Source: Thermodesulfobacteriota bacterium
GTDB lineage: Bacteria > Desulfobacterota_D > UBA1144 > Nemesobacterales > UBA2774
DNA length: 64,000 bases
Direction: 5' to 3'
Assembly (NCBI GenBank): GCA_965216785.1
Contig: OZ244197.1
Coordinates: forward strand, 1,728,001 to 1,792,000
Made by a program: the position numbers and the translations under genes. Numbering within the stretch: the first letter of the stretch is position 1; each line of letters opens with the position of its first letter. This document shows, piece after piece, positions 20,851 through 29,641 of this stretch. Under the pieces are notes generated by a model. It was not told where the DNA came from. It did not search any database and saw only the letters and a program-made list of their open reading frames with translations.

Positions 20851-22020
20851 ATGAATGAAATATCTCTGGTTCTCCTAATTATCGGGGCTTTGTTACTTAC
20901 AGGATATTCCGCACACATAGTTGGTAAACGTACGCATGTACCCAGAGTGACTCTTTTACTATTATTAGGTCTTATCTCAGGTCCCCACTTACTGGATTTA
21001 ATTCCCAAAACAATTGAAGAATGGTTCCCCTTTATAGCTCATATGGCTCTTGCCATGGTCGGCTTTTTATTAGGAGAAAGTTTCTACGGTAAGAATTTGA
21101 AGTCTACCGGAAGGGACGTACTTTGGATTTCTATAGCGCAAACGGTGGTGGTCTCACTCTTAGTTTTTACTATTCTCTATATATCGGGAGCAGGGCTGGC
21201 ATTATCGCTTATACTTGCGGGGATTGCGCCCGCTACCGCTCCTGCGGCGACCATCGACCTGGTACAAGAGAGTAGGGCGAAGGGCCCGCTTTCCGATACC
21301 TTGCTCGGAGTTGTGGCGCTCGATGATGCGTGGGGAATTATTTTATTCAGCGTAATGCTTATACTGGCAGAGGGATCTGTTAACGGATCAATATCAGAAA
21401 TGCATTTCCTTCACGGATTATGGGAAGTTTTTGGTGCTGTAGTTTTGGGAGCAGTTTTGGGAGTTCCGATGGCTTGGCTTACGGGCAGGGTCAGGACGGG
21501 AGAGCCTACACTGCTTGAAGCCGCCGGTTTTGTATTTGTCTGCGGAGGGCTGGCGCTTTACCTGAACGTTTCATTTTTGCTGAGCTCTATGGTATTGGGC
21601 GCCGTCGTTGCCAATAAAGCCAAGCACCATACTAAACCATTTCGGGATATAAAGGGAATAAGCGAACCGTTCCTTGCACTGTTCTTTTTCTTGGCTGGTT
21701 ATGAGTTTGAGCTGGAAAGCTTTTATGTTATCGGCGGCGTTACAGTTACCTACATTATTACGAGATTAATAGGGAAGGTTCTTGGAGGCCTGGCCGGTGG
21801 TAAAATGTCAAAAGCACCTCAGGTAATCACACGCGGTATAGGATGGTGTTTAGTGCCTCAAGCAGGAGTTGCCGTAGGAATGGCTTTACTCGTGGTTGAA
21901 AGATTGCCTGCTCTTGGAATCAAGATTCTGCCGGTTGTAATAGCGAGCACGATTATATTTGAGATTATCGGCCCGATACTTACTTTATGGCAGCTCAGAA
22001 AAGCGGGTGAAGTTGAGTAA
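20851..22020 (+). CDS. Cation:proton antiporter (CPA2)
   Basis: About 12 TM helices, ATAPAAT, ALDDA, PQAGVA. Confidence 0.88.
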   Translation: MNEISLVLLIIGALLLTGYSAHIVGKRTHVPRVTLLLLLGLISGPHLLDLIPKTIEEWFPFIAHMALAMVGFLLGESFYGKNLKSTGRDVLWISIAQTVVVSLLVFTILYISGAGLALSLILAGIAPATAPAATIDLVQESRAKGPLSDTLLGVVALDDAWGIILFSVMLILAEGSVNGSISEMHFLHGLWEVFGAVVLGAVLGVPMAWLTGRVRTGEPTLLEAAGFVFVCGGLALYLNVSFLLSSMVLGAVVANKAKHHTKPFRDIKGISEPFLALFFFLAGYEFELESFYVIGGVTVTYIITRLIGKVLGGLAGGKMSKAPQVITRGIGWCLVPQAGVAVGMALLVVERLPALGIKILPVVIASTIIFEIIGPILTLWQLRKAGEVE

Positions 22021-22145
22021 CGGCGAATCATTAATACTGGTATTATCGGGTTTTATCAACAATACTAAATGTATGAAACGAACTATGAGTACATCATATA
22101 TCAACCATTTGTCTTAAATAAGAAAATACACAGGAGTATTATTTA

Positions 22146-23051
22146 ATGCGGATTAAAAAAATTGTGTGGGCAACGGACGGGTCGAATGAAGCGCAAGAAG
22201 CGCTCAAATATGCGGTTTATCTGGCTAAGGAATATTCCGCAGAGATTTTGGGTGTATATGTAAGCACGAAGAAAGTTAAAAGTATCTCCTCAGAATTCTA
22301 TAGGTTGATGCAGGAGCAATTTAGCGATCTGGCCGAAACCGAAGATAAAGAATTTGAAGCTGATTTTGCCTCCACACAGGCAAGTATGAAATCCCAGGGC
22401 GTTCGTTTTGCCGGTACAGTTCTTAAAGGGGATGCAGCTTTAAAGATTGTAAATTTTATACACAAAGAAAACGCAGACCTTGTAGTGATCGGGACCCGGG
22501 GGCACGGGCTTATTGATAAAATGCTCATTGGAAGCACTACGCTTAAAGTCCTGAAAAAGTCTAGCATACCTGTCTTTGCCTTTAAAAAGAGTGAAAGAAA
22601 AAGAGCTAGTATTAAAAATATTCTCGTTCCGGTGGATGTGTTTCAACATAAGGGTCATGCGCTTGAGTATGCCGTCGACTTAGCCACTGTTCTGAACGCG
22701 CAAATACACGCGGTATATTCCATTCGGCTTGCTCGCCACATTTATGCTGTGCCGAGCATTCTGAACGAGCTCATTAAACACTCTAAAGCGGAGTTAATAA
22801 AAAGGGTAGAAGAAATAAAACTAAAACACAGGCTCCGGGGCAAAGATGCTGGTGAGCTCAGGATTAGCACACAAGTGATCCATGGCGTAAACCCGGCTAT
22901 AGCCATTACTGACTATGCTTCTACAAAGAATATTGATCTAATTGTTATAAACATGAACTCAAGAAGCGGAATTAAGAAATTGATTCTGGGCAGCACTACG
23001 GAAAAGATTGTTCGCTCTTCTCATTGCTCGACTCTCGTCGTAAGACCGTAG
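22146..23051 (+). CDS. Tandem universal stress protein
   Basis: Two USP domains: WATDGS..GTRG...LIGSTT and ILVPVD..LGSTTEKIVR. Confidence 0.92.
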   Translation: MRIKKIVWATDGSNEAQEALKYAVYLAKEYSAEILGVYVSTKKVKSISSEFYRLMQEQFSDLAETEDKEFEADFASTQASMKSQGVRFAGTVLKGDAALKIVNFIHKENADLVVIGTRGHGLIDKMLIGSTTLKVLKKSSIPVFAFKKSERKRASIKNILVPVDVFQHKGHALEYAVDLATVLNAQIHAVYSIRLARHIYAVPSILNELIKHSKAELIKRVEEIKLKHRLRGKDAGELRISTQVIHGVNPAIAITDYASTKNIDLIVINMNSRSGIKKLILGSTTEKIVRSSHCSTLVVRP

Positions 23052-23080
23052 TGGAAAAATCCGATCCACAACACCCCAAG

Positions 23081-23097
23081 TGTATCGGATTCTTACA
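23081..23097. promoter_or_regulatory. Putative enhancer (UAS) site
   Basis: TGTATCGGATTCTTACA, 74 bp upstream of the sigma54 site at 23171. Confidence 0.5.
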
Positions 23098-23170
23098 TAG
23101 TCCCAAGCTTTTCAATTAGAAGAATAAATAATATTTATTAATGCAGGCTGGTTACAACAAGTTAATCCTA

Positions 23171-23186
23171 CGGCACGCAGATTGCA
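23171..23186 (+). promoter_or_regulatory. Sigma54 -24/-12 promoter for CBS gene
   Basis: CGGCACG-CAGA-TTGCA. Confidence 0.75.
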
Positions 23187-23237
23187 CAACGTATAAATAA
23201 ATGTTGGTAAAAATCTATGTGGTAGGAGGTAACGGTT

Positions 23238-23678
23238 ATGAGTTTAGGAAATATGTGTAGAAAAGATGTTGTTACCGTGGGCCCGGAAACGATGGTAAGT
23301 GATGTGACAAAGCTCATGGAAGAGAAAAACATCGGAAGTGTGATTGTTAAAAATATTATAGAGGGCGCTGACAGAGAAAAATTTGGCATCGTAACGGACA
23401 GGGATATAGCGCTCAGGGTTATTAATAATAACCTTGATCCCGCAAACACCCCGATTGACGATGTGATGACTCAAAATCTGGTATTGACCCTTAGAGAGGA
23501 CATGGGGCTTTTTGAAGCTCTCGAGCTGGTAAGAAAGAGTGCTATCAGAAGATTCCCGATCGTAGACATCGACGGTAACTTAAAAGGAATTCTCACACTC
23601 GATGATATAATCAGGCTATTAGGTAAAGAGATGGCCGATGTAGCTAATATTATAGAAAATGAGGGGCCGCTTCTGTAA
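23238..23678 (+). CDS. CBS-pair domain protein
   Basis: GIVTDRDI, VMT, IRRFPIVD, GILTLDDI. Confidence 0.92.
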   Translation: MSLGNMCRKDVVTVGPETMVSDVTKLMEEKNIGSVIVKNIIEGADREKFGIVTDRDIALRVINNNLDPANTPIDDVMTQNLVLTLREDMGLFEALELVRKSAIRRFPIVDIDGNLKGILTLDDIIRLLGKEMADVANIIENEGPLL

Positions 23679-23704
23679 GAGCGTTTCTATATACTCAATT
23701 TCTG

Positions 23705-24895
23705 TCATACTATTTGGAACTGTCCTTTCAGTACTTTTTCCCACATCTCAGGCATTTCGTCGAGCATCTTTTCGGTAAGGAGTCCTATAGCATCTTCGTC
23801 GTAGTCTTTACCTTTAAGCTTTATATCGAGTGCCATGGGCTCGTTTATGGGTTTTCCTATTTGGGACACAATATAACAATATGCCTCTTCCGCATAGCCT
23901 TTTTGAATGATCAGTCGGCACAGCTCATTAGCGAATAAGTTGTAGATTTTTCCTACATGGCTAACGGGGTTTTTACCGGCCACTGCTTCGAGCGTCATGG
24001 GCCTGTATGGTGTAATCAATCCGTTTGCCCTGTTTCCCCTGCCTACCTGACCGTCATCTCCCCCCTCGGCGCTTGTTCCCGACACAGTGAGGTATACGCT
24101 TTCACTAGCGTAGTCATCGGCTGCGTTGATTTTTAGCTCTGTCCCTTCTCGGATACAATCCTGCGCTTCCAGGAAATCCTTAATTTCATTAATTTTCTGT
24201 ATATAATCAGTTATCGATATTACGTATTTATCAACGATCGCGATTGCAACGGTAAGTGTTATTTTCTCTTTATATCTTACTCCCATAACCTTTATATCTT
24301 CGCCTATGTAGGGATAGGCCCTTTTGGTTTCGGGATTATTTAGCAATTTCTCGGCCTTTAGTACAGTTTCCTCGAGAGTGTCGTGAGGATAAAATCCCGT
24401 TCCTATGGACGTATCGTTTGACAGGGGGATATCTCCTTTGCCAAAACGCTCGAACAGCTCTATTAGGTCTTTGCTCCCGGATCTGATCTTAACGTCGATT
24501 TTAATATGATCTTCTACGTCAAGGTGGCGGACATTTTTACTTATGGATTTCCTGACCGCATCTCTAGCTATTTCGTCTATGGGTAGGGCTATTCCTCTCT
24601 TCTCTTTTACTGCTCTTCCCGCAATGGTTAGCTCTATGGGCTTTACTATTCTGCCGCCGTTGTATGAGGGCTTTGACGCTCCTCCGACAAGAAGCGCTTT
24701 ATCGACATTGTGGTGCATGATTGAGCCGAATTCTTCGAGATAGTATTTACTTATAGCGATCGAAGTATCTTCGGCAATGAGATCACATATCGTATCGGGA
24801 TGTCCAAGTCCCTTCCTTTCGACAATCTCTATATCTCGGTCCTGAGCGAGCGTGTCGGTGAGTGGACCTACGAATATATTGTTATTCATATTCAT
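23705..24895 (-). CDS. mat: Archaeal-type S-adenosylmethionine synthetase
   Basis: [54 protein letters not shown]. Confidence 0.92.
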   Translation of the reverse strand: MNMNNNIFVGPLTDTLAQDRDIEIVERKGLGHPDTICDLIAEDTSIAISKYYLEEFGSIMHHNVDKALLVGGASKPSYNGGRIVKPIELTIAGRAVKEKRGIALPIDEIARDAVRKSISKNVRHLDVEDHIKIDVKIRSGSKDLIELFERFGKGDIPLSNDTSIGTGFYPHDTLEETVLKAEKLLNNPETKRAYPYIGEDIKVMGVRYKEKITLTVAIAIVDKYVISITDYIQKINEIKDFLEAQDCIREGTELKINAADDYASESVYLTVSGTSAEGGDDGQVGRGNRANGLITPYRPMTLEAVAGKNPVSHVGKIYNLFANELCRLIIQKGYAEEAYCYIVSQIGKPINEPMALDIKLKGKDYDEDAIGLLTEKMLDEMPEMWEKVLKGQFQIV

Positions 24896-24904
24896 GAGTC
24901 ATAT

Positions 24905-24920
24905 TGCAAGACATATACCA
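24905..24920 (-). promoter_or_regulatory. Sigma54 -24/-12 promoter for mat
   Basis: TGGTATA-TGTC-TTGCA. Confidence 0.7.
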
Positions 24921-25003
24921 GTAAGAAATAGTAACACAAGCGGAATTAAGAGCGCTCTGGCGATATATCTTTTGTGAGAGGAAAAATGAGAGAAATTGTC
25001 AGA

Positions 25004-25020
25004 TGTCAGATTTATAGACG
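25004..25020. promoter_or_regulatory. Putative enhancer (UAS) site in the mat/pcm divergent region
   Basis: TGTCAGATTTATAGACG; an extra half-site TGTAAGATT at 25101. Confidence 0.45.
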
Positions 25021-25141
25021 GAGTATTCGTCTTTATTTGAAACAAAGGCTGAGGGTAGGGTATATAAAATTGAACCTCTTTTCAGCTATCTGCCTGTAAA
25101 TGTAAGATTGCTCGGAATTCTCTCCAATAACTGGATGCTCC

Positions 25142-25157
25142 TGGCATCAATATTGCT
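25142..25157 (+). promoter_or_regulatory. Sigma54 -24/-12 promoter for pcm operon
   Basis: TGGCATC-AATA-TTGCT. Confidence 0.75.
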
Positions 25158-25206
25158 CATTTAACTATTAGAGGTAGTAGGCACTGGACCTAAGAGGAGG
25201 CTTTAA

Positions 25207-25920
25207 ATGGAGCTATTATTTGTAGCTGTTTCTTTGTGTCTGTTGCTGGCCGCGGCTTTTAATGCCGATAAGGACGGCGGGACATATTCCCAAAGGCGGT
25301 GGGATATGGTCGAGTCTCAGATTGTCTCCAGGGGGGTTAGCGGAGCCCGGTTAATTGAGGCAATGCTTAAAGTTCCGAGGCATAAGTTCGTTCACCAGGA
25401 TTTTAGACACCAGGCGTACCTTGATTGCGCTCTTCCGATCGAGATGGGTCAGACTATATCTCAGCCATACATAGTCGCCTACATGACAGAGCTCCTAAAC
25501 CTGAAGGAAGGGAATAAGGTGCTTGAAATCGGTACAGGCTCGGGTTATCAGTCCGCTATACTCGCTGAGATGGGCTGCGAAGTATATACGATAGAGATAA
25601 TAGAGCCTCTTTCAAAAAGCGCTAAAGAAGTTTTAGATGAATTAGGTTATAAGAATATTCACTATAAAGTCGGCGACGGATACGAGGGGTGGAAAGAGCA
25701 CGCTCCCTACGACGGGATTGTCGTAACAGCTGCTCCGCCAGAGATTCCCGAGCCGTTAAAAGCGCAGCTCAATGAAAGGGGTAGGATGGTAATACCTGTT
25801 GGCGAGAATATTCAGGAGCTCGTCCTTATTAAAAATACTAAAACGGGGTTGGTTGAAAAAAGGGTAACCCCGGTACGCTTTGTTCCTATGGTGGGAGAGG
25901 CCCGGAAATCTCATCATTAA
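25207..25920 (+). CDS. pcm: Protein-L-isoaspartate O-methyltransferase
   Basis: VPRHKFV, GQTISQPY, LEIGTGSGYQ, APYDGIVVTAA, VRFVPM. Confidence 0.95.
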   Translation: MELLFVAVSLCLLLAAAFNADKDGGTYSQRRWDMVESQIVSRGVSGARLIEAMLKVPRHKFVHQDFRHQAYLDCALPIEMGQTISQPYIVAYMTELLNLKEGNKVLEIGTGSGYQSAILAEMGCEVYTIEIIEPLSKSAKEVLDELGYKNIHYKVGDGYEGWKEHAPYDGIVVTAAPPEIPEPLKAQLNERGRMVIPVGENIQELVLIKNTKTGLVEKRVTPVRFVPMVGEARKSHH

Positions 25921-25975
25921 GAGAGGGTTGTAGCGTAGAGACAGGGGGATAAAAACACAATTCGGAGGTACTAAA

Positions 25976-26455
25976 ATGAGTATCTTGAAGAGGTTAAAAA
26001 AATATCTGGATGAGAATAATATCAAATATATAGTGATAGCTCACTCCCCTTCCCATACGGGACAGGAGCTTGCCGAGACTGTGCACATTTCCGGCAAGGA
26101 GATAGCAAAAACAGTTATTCTTAAAACAGAGGATCAATACGTGATGGCGGTGCTGCCGGCTTCACGGATGATAGACGTTGAGTATCTCGAAGAATATATA
26201 GGAGCTCAGGGGCTCAGGCTTGCGGAAGAGAGTGAATTTAATGAATTATTCCCTGACTGTGAGCTTGGAGCGATGCCTCCATTCGGCAATTTATACGGGA
26301 TACCCGTTTACTCGGCCTCAGCCTTATCCGATGATGAGGAAATCGTTTTCAACGCCGGCACTCATACGGACGCCATTAGAATGAGCTACAAAGATTACGC
26401 GGATTTGGTTAAGCCTACGGTGATTCATTTTTCAGAACCGCTTTACACGCAGTAA
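25976..26455 (+). CDS. YbaK/EbsC-family aminoacyl-tRNA deacylase
   Basis: IAKTVIL (catalytic Lys), FPDCELGAMPPFG, FNAGTH. Confidence 0.9.
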   Translation: MSILKRLKKYLDENNIKYIVIAHSPSHTGQELAETVHISGKEIAKTVILKTEDQYVMAVLPASRMIDVEYLEEYIGAQGLRLAEESEFNELFPDCELGAMPPFGNLYGIPVYSASALSDDEEIVFNAGTHTDAIRMSYKDYADLVKPTVIHFSEPLYTQ

Positions 26456-26558
26456 TAAGCTGTGGTCATCAAGGCGTGAATTGGGTGCAGGGGCGGATAC
26501 GTGATTGATGGCCGATATGCATGGCGCTTGACTAAATAGATCGAAGAGAGGGAAAATC

Positions 26559-27758
26559 ATGGAATTTAACAACAGAATAAAGAGCCTTTCAGATTATGAG
26601 TATCAAAATAACCCGGTAACTTCCCTATACCTTAAATTGGGACCTCAGGATAGACAGAACCTAAAGTATAAATTGACTGTAAAGAACCTGGTAAGAGATA
26701 CAAGGGAGGCTCTCGGCAAACGAGGGTTAAGTAAGTCCGCATTAGACTCCATAGATTCTGATTTTTCTAAAATTACGGGATACGTGGAGAAAACAGCCGA
26801 TATCTCCGAATGCCGGGGTTTAGCTATATTTTCATCATCAGGTGAAGAATATTGGGAGGTATTTAAGCTCCCCGAAGTGTACCGAAACCAGCTAGTAGTG
26901 GACAGAACGCCTCTACTTGGCCAGCTGATAAAAATAAACGAGGAATACAGTGATATCGTCACGGTATTCGTGGATAGAAAAAAGGCAAGGATTTTCAGAC
27001 TCGACCCCGAAGGTTCGAATGAGATTTTGGATTATTTCTATCCGGCGGCATCGAGGACCAGGAAATTCAGCTCACCGGAAGGCACATTCAAACAGAGGGT
27101 TTCACAGGGAGAGGGAACGGGCAGTATGACACAGAGTTACGGGGAGCACAGCTTTCAAAGAACAATTGAAAACGAGGTGCATCAGCACTATAAGTACACC
27201 TCAGATAAGGTATTTGAGTATTATAAAGAACATAAATTCAAGTGGCTTATCGTAGGAGGTACGGAAAAGAATATCTCAGAGTTCACTGAGCATCTGCATA
27301 CGTATCTCGGGGACATTTTGGCGGGCACAATTACTGCAGACGTGGATAAAATAAAGCCTTATCAGGTTATGGATGCAGCATTGGAAGCGCTGCAGTCAAA
27401 GAAAATAGAGAGGCTACAAAGATTACTTGCCGAATTTGAGGAGAAAAAAGGCAAGGGATTAACCGTAGAAGGTGTTGATTCTACATTAAGCGCTCTATCA
27501 GCAGGTCAATTAAGAGTTCTCTTTGTAGAAGAAGATTTCAACATCCCGGGATTTGTGTGTCCTGAGACAGGGGTGCTGTTAACAGAAGAAAACAAAGAGC
27601 TTTGCCCGGAAGACGCGGAGCCCAAATACGTTGTCGATGTAGTGGACCTTTCCATTGAGGAAGCCTTCAGGCAAAAAGCGGAGATAGAGATTTTGCGCAG
27701 TGAAGAATCTAAGAAGAAAATAAGCGGGATGGCGGGAATTCTGAGGTTTAAACAATAG
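26559..27758 (+). CDS. Bacterial archaeo-eukaryotic release factor-like (baeRF/Balon-like) protein
   Basis: VTSLYL, GLAIF, VDRKKARIF, LIVGG, eRF1 domain 3 with CPET..CPED and GMAGILRF; no GGQ or NIKS. Confidence 0.82.
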   Translation: MEFNNRIKSLSDYEYQNNPVTSLYLKLGPQDRQNLKYKLTVKNLVRDTREALGKRGLSKSALDSIDSDFSKITGYVEKTADISECRGLAIFSSSGEEYWEVFKLPEVYRNQLVVDRTPLLGQLIKINEEYSDIVTVFVDRKKARIFRLDPEGSNEILDYFYPAASRTRKFSSPEGTFKQRVSQGEGTGSMTQSYGEHSFQRTIENEVHQHYKYTSDKVFEYYKEHKFKWLIVGGTEKNISEFTEHLHTYLGDILAGTITADVDKIKPYQVMDAALEALQSKKIERLQRLLAEFEEKKGKGLTVEGVDSTLSALSAGQLRVLFVEEDFNIPGFVCPETGVLLTEENKELCPEDAEPKYVVDVVDLSIEEAFRQKAEIEILRSEESKKKISGMAGILRFKQ

Positions 27759-27823
27759 GAAGGGTGATAACTCTTTAACCATCAAAACATCCCGAAACGT
27801 GAAGTAAGCGGGGTTTCGCGAAA

Positions 27824-28492
27824 ATGATGTTAAGAGCATACATCAGATTAGTTGTTTACATTATACTGGTAAGCGTAATTCTCTTTTTTTCAGCCGGGCG
27901 TATAGACTGGCTTGCTGCTTGGGTATTTCTGGTTATATATACGGCGATTATTATTATAGGCGTTACTTTTGTCGATCCAGAACTGTTAAAAGAACGAAGC
28001 AAGATAGGGCCAGGGGCTAAGAGGTGGGACATTGTAATAGCCAGCGTCGCAGTCGTCTTTTTGTTCCCGGCTACGTTTCTTGTTGCGGGTCTGGACGCCG
28101 GTCGTTACCATTGGTCGCCTCCCTTCCCGGTATGGCTTCAGATCGCTGCTTTTCTCGGATTCCTGGCAGGAAGCGCTCTGCAGTCGTGGGCAATAATTAC
28201 AAACAAGTTCTACTCGTCAGTCGTTCGGATTCAAACCGATAGGGGCCATTACGTTATCACAGACGGGCCGTACAGATACGTGCGCCATCCCGGTTACACA
28301 GGAGTTATCGTGACATCATTTGCTATCCCGCTGATGCTGGGATCGCTATGGGCTCTTGTTCCCGCGCTGATAGGGGACTGCATTCTCGTTATCCGCACCT
28401 TACTAGAAGACAATACTCTAAAGAGTGAGCTTGCAGGATATACGGAATACGCCGCTAAGACCCATTACCGTCTAATACCGGGTATCTGGTAG
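27824..28492 (+). CDS. Isoprenylcysteine carboxyl methyltransferase-family membrane protein
   Basis: TM helices, ITDGPYRYVRHPGY, RT..ED..L, YRLIPGIW. Confidence 0.88.
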   Translation: MMLRAYIRLVVYIILVSVILFFSAGRIDWLAAWVFLVIYTAIIIIGVTFVDPELLKERSKIGPGAKRWDIVIASVAVVFLFPATFLVAGLDAGRYHWSPPFPVWLQIAAFLGFLAGSALQSWAIITNKFYSSVVRIQTDRGHYVITDGPYRYVRHPGYTGVIVTSFAIPLMLGSLWALVPALIGDCILVIRTLLEDNTLKSELAGYTEYAAKTHYRLIPGIW

Positions 28493-28517
28493 CAGACATT
28501 TAAAATACTTACCCTAA

Positions 28518-29639
28518 TCAGGATTGTCCTACGGTTATGCTCTGACGGAATCTAAATAGCGCCGCGCTAAAGTAGAGCGATCCGATAAGGATCAAAATTA
28601 AAAAATCACCCCAGACCACTTCTACGCCCGCGTCGCGGAACAGCACGGCTTGGGCGTAGTTTACAAAATGTGTGGATGGTGAAAAGTACATAACATACCG
28701 CAGTACCGCAGGCATGCTGTCCATCGGGGTATAGACCCCCGAGAGGAGCATCATTACCAAAAAGACCGGCAGTGCGAGAAGGCCGAACTGCGGCATGGAG
28801 CGTGCGATAGTCGCAAGTAATATCCCGAGCGAAGTGACCGAGAATAGGAAGGCTATAGTGCCCGCGATAAACAAGGGGATTGAGCCCGCGATATGGACTT
28901 GAAGCAGTCCTTGTACGACTAAATATAATGAGGCAATGGCCGCAGCTACAATAACTAGCCCGTTTGCCCATATCTTCGCTGCCATTATGTCAAAAGGCCT
29001 TAGCGGCATTGCTAAAAGGTGCTCTAGAGTGCCGTGCTCACGCTCCCTTATCACAGCGGCGCCGGTAAGGATTATTGTCAGCAGCGTCATGTTGTTTATG
29101 ATTTCCATTATGCTCAGAAACCATACTGATTCAAGGTTCGGATTGAACTTAGATCTGATTACTATATTTGCCGCTTGCCCGGGGTCGTTGTAACTCATGA
29201 AGTCCCCTATCTCGTCCGCTATGATGCTTTGTATATACCCGGCGCCTCTGCCCGCTATACTCATTGCGGTCGCGTCCACGTTTATCTGAATTTCAGGACT
29301 CTTTTGTGCAAGCAGGTCCTCCTGGAAGTCCGGGGGGATATCTATTACAAAACTGTACTTTCCGTAATCCATAGCGCGGTCGATCTCGCTCACGGAAATC
29401 AGAGTCGGCGGCTTAAAATACGGCTCGAGCAAGGCGTCGTGTATCCGGCTCGAGAGGGTCGATCTGTCTTCATCCACTATGCCGATGGCGGCGTTCTCAA
29501 CGTCGGTTCCCGACTGGGAGGCCTCGTATACGCCAAACGATAGGGAATAGACGATCAGGAAAACCAGAAATAGATCGTAGCGCAAGCTGAATAGCTCTTT
29601 TATGCCCAGTCTGAAAATGTTATCTATTCTCTGTAGCAT
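28518..29639 (-). CDS. yhhJ: ABC-2 permease (YhhJ-like)
   Basis: GIKEL, VDEDRS, REREHGTLEHLL. Confidence 0.85.
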   Translation of the reverse strand: MLQRIDNIFRLGIKELFSLRYDLFLVFLIVYSLSFGVYEASQSGTDVENAAIGIVDEDRSTLSSRIHDALLEPYFKPPTLISVSEIDRAMDYGKYSFVIDIPPDFQEDLLAQKSPEIQINVDATAMSIAGRGAGYIQSIIADEIGDFMSYNDPGQAANIVIRSKFNPNLESVWFLSIMEIINNMTLLTIILTGAAVIREREHGTLEHLLAMPLRPFDIMAAKIWANGLVIVAAAIASLYLVVQGLLQVHIAGSIPLFIAGTIAFLFSVTSLGILLATIARSMPQFGLLALPVFLVMMLLSGVYTPMDSMPAVLRYVMYFSPSTHFVNYAQAVLFRDAGVEVVWGDFLILILIGSLYFSAALFRFRQSITVGQS

Positions 29640-29641
29640 AG

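Noticed and set aside
26559-27758. Annotation as a true peptide chain release factor
   Set aside because: No GGQ or NIKS motif
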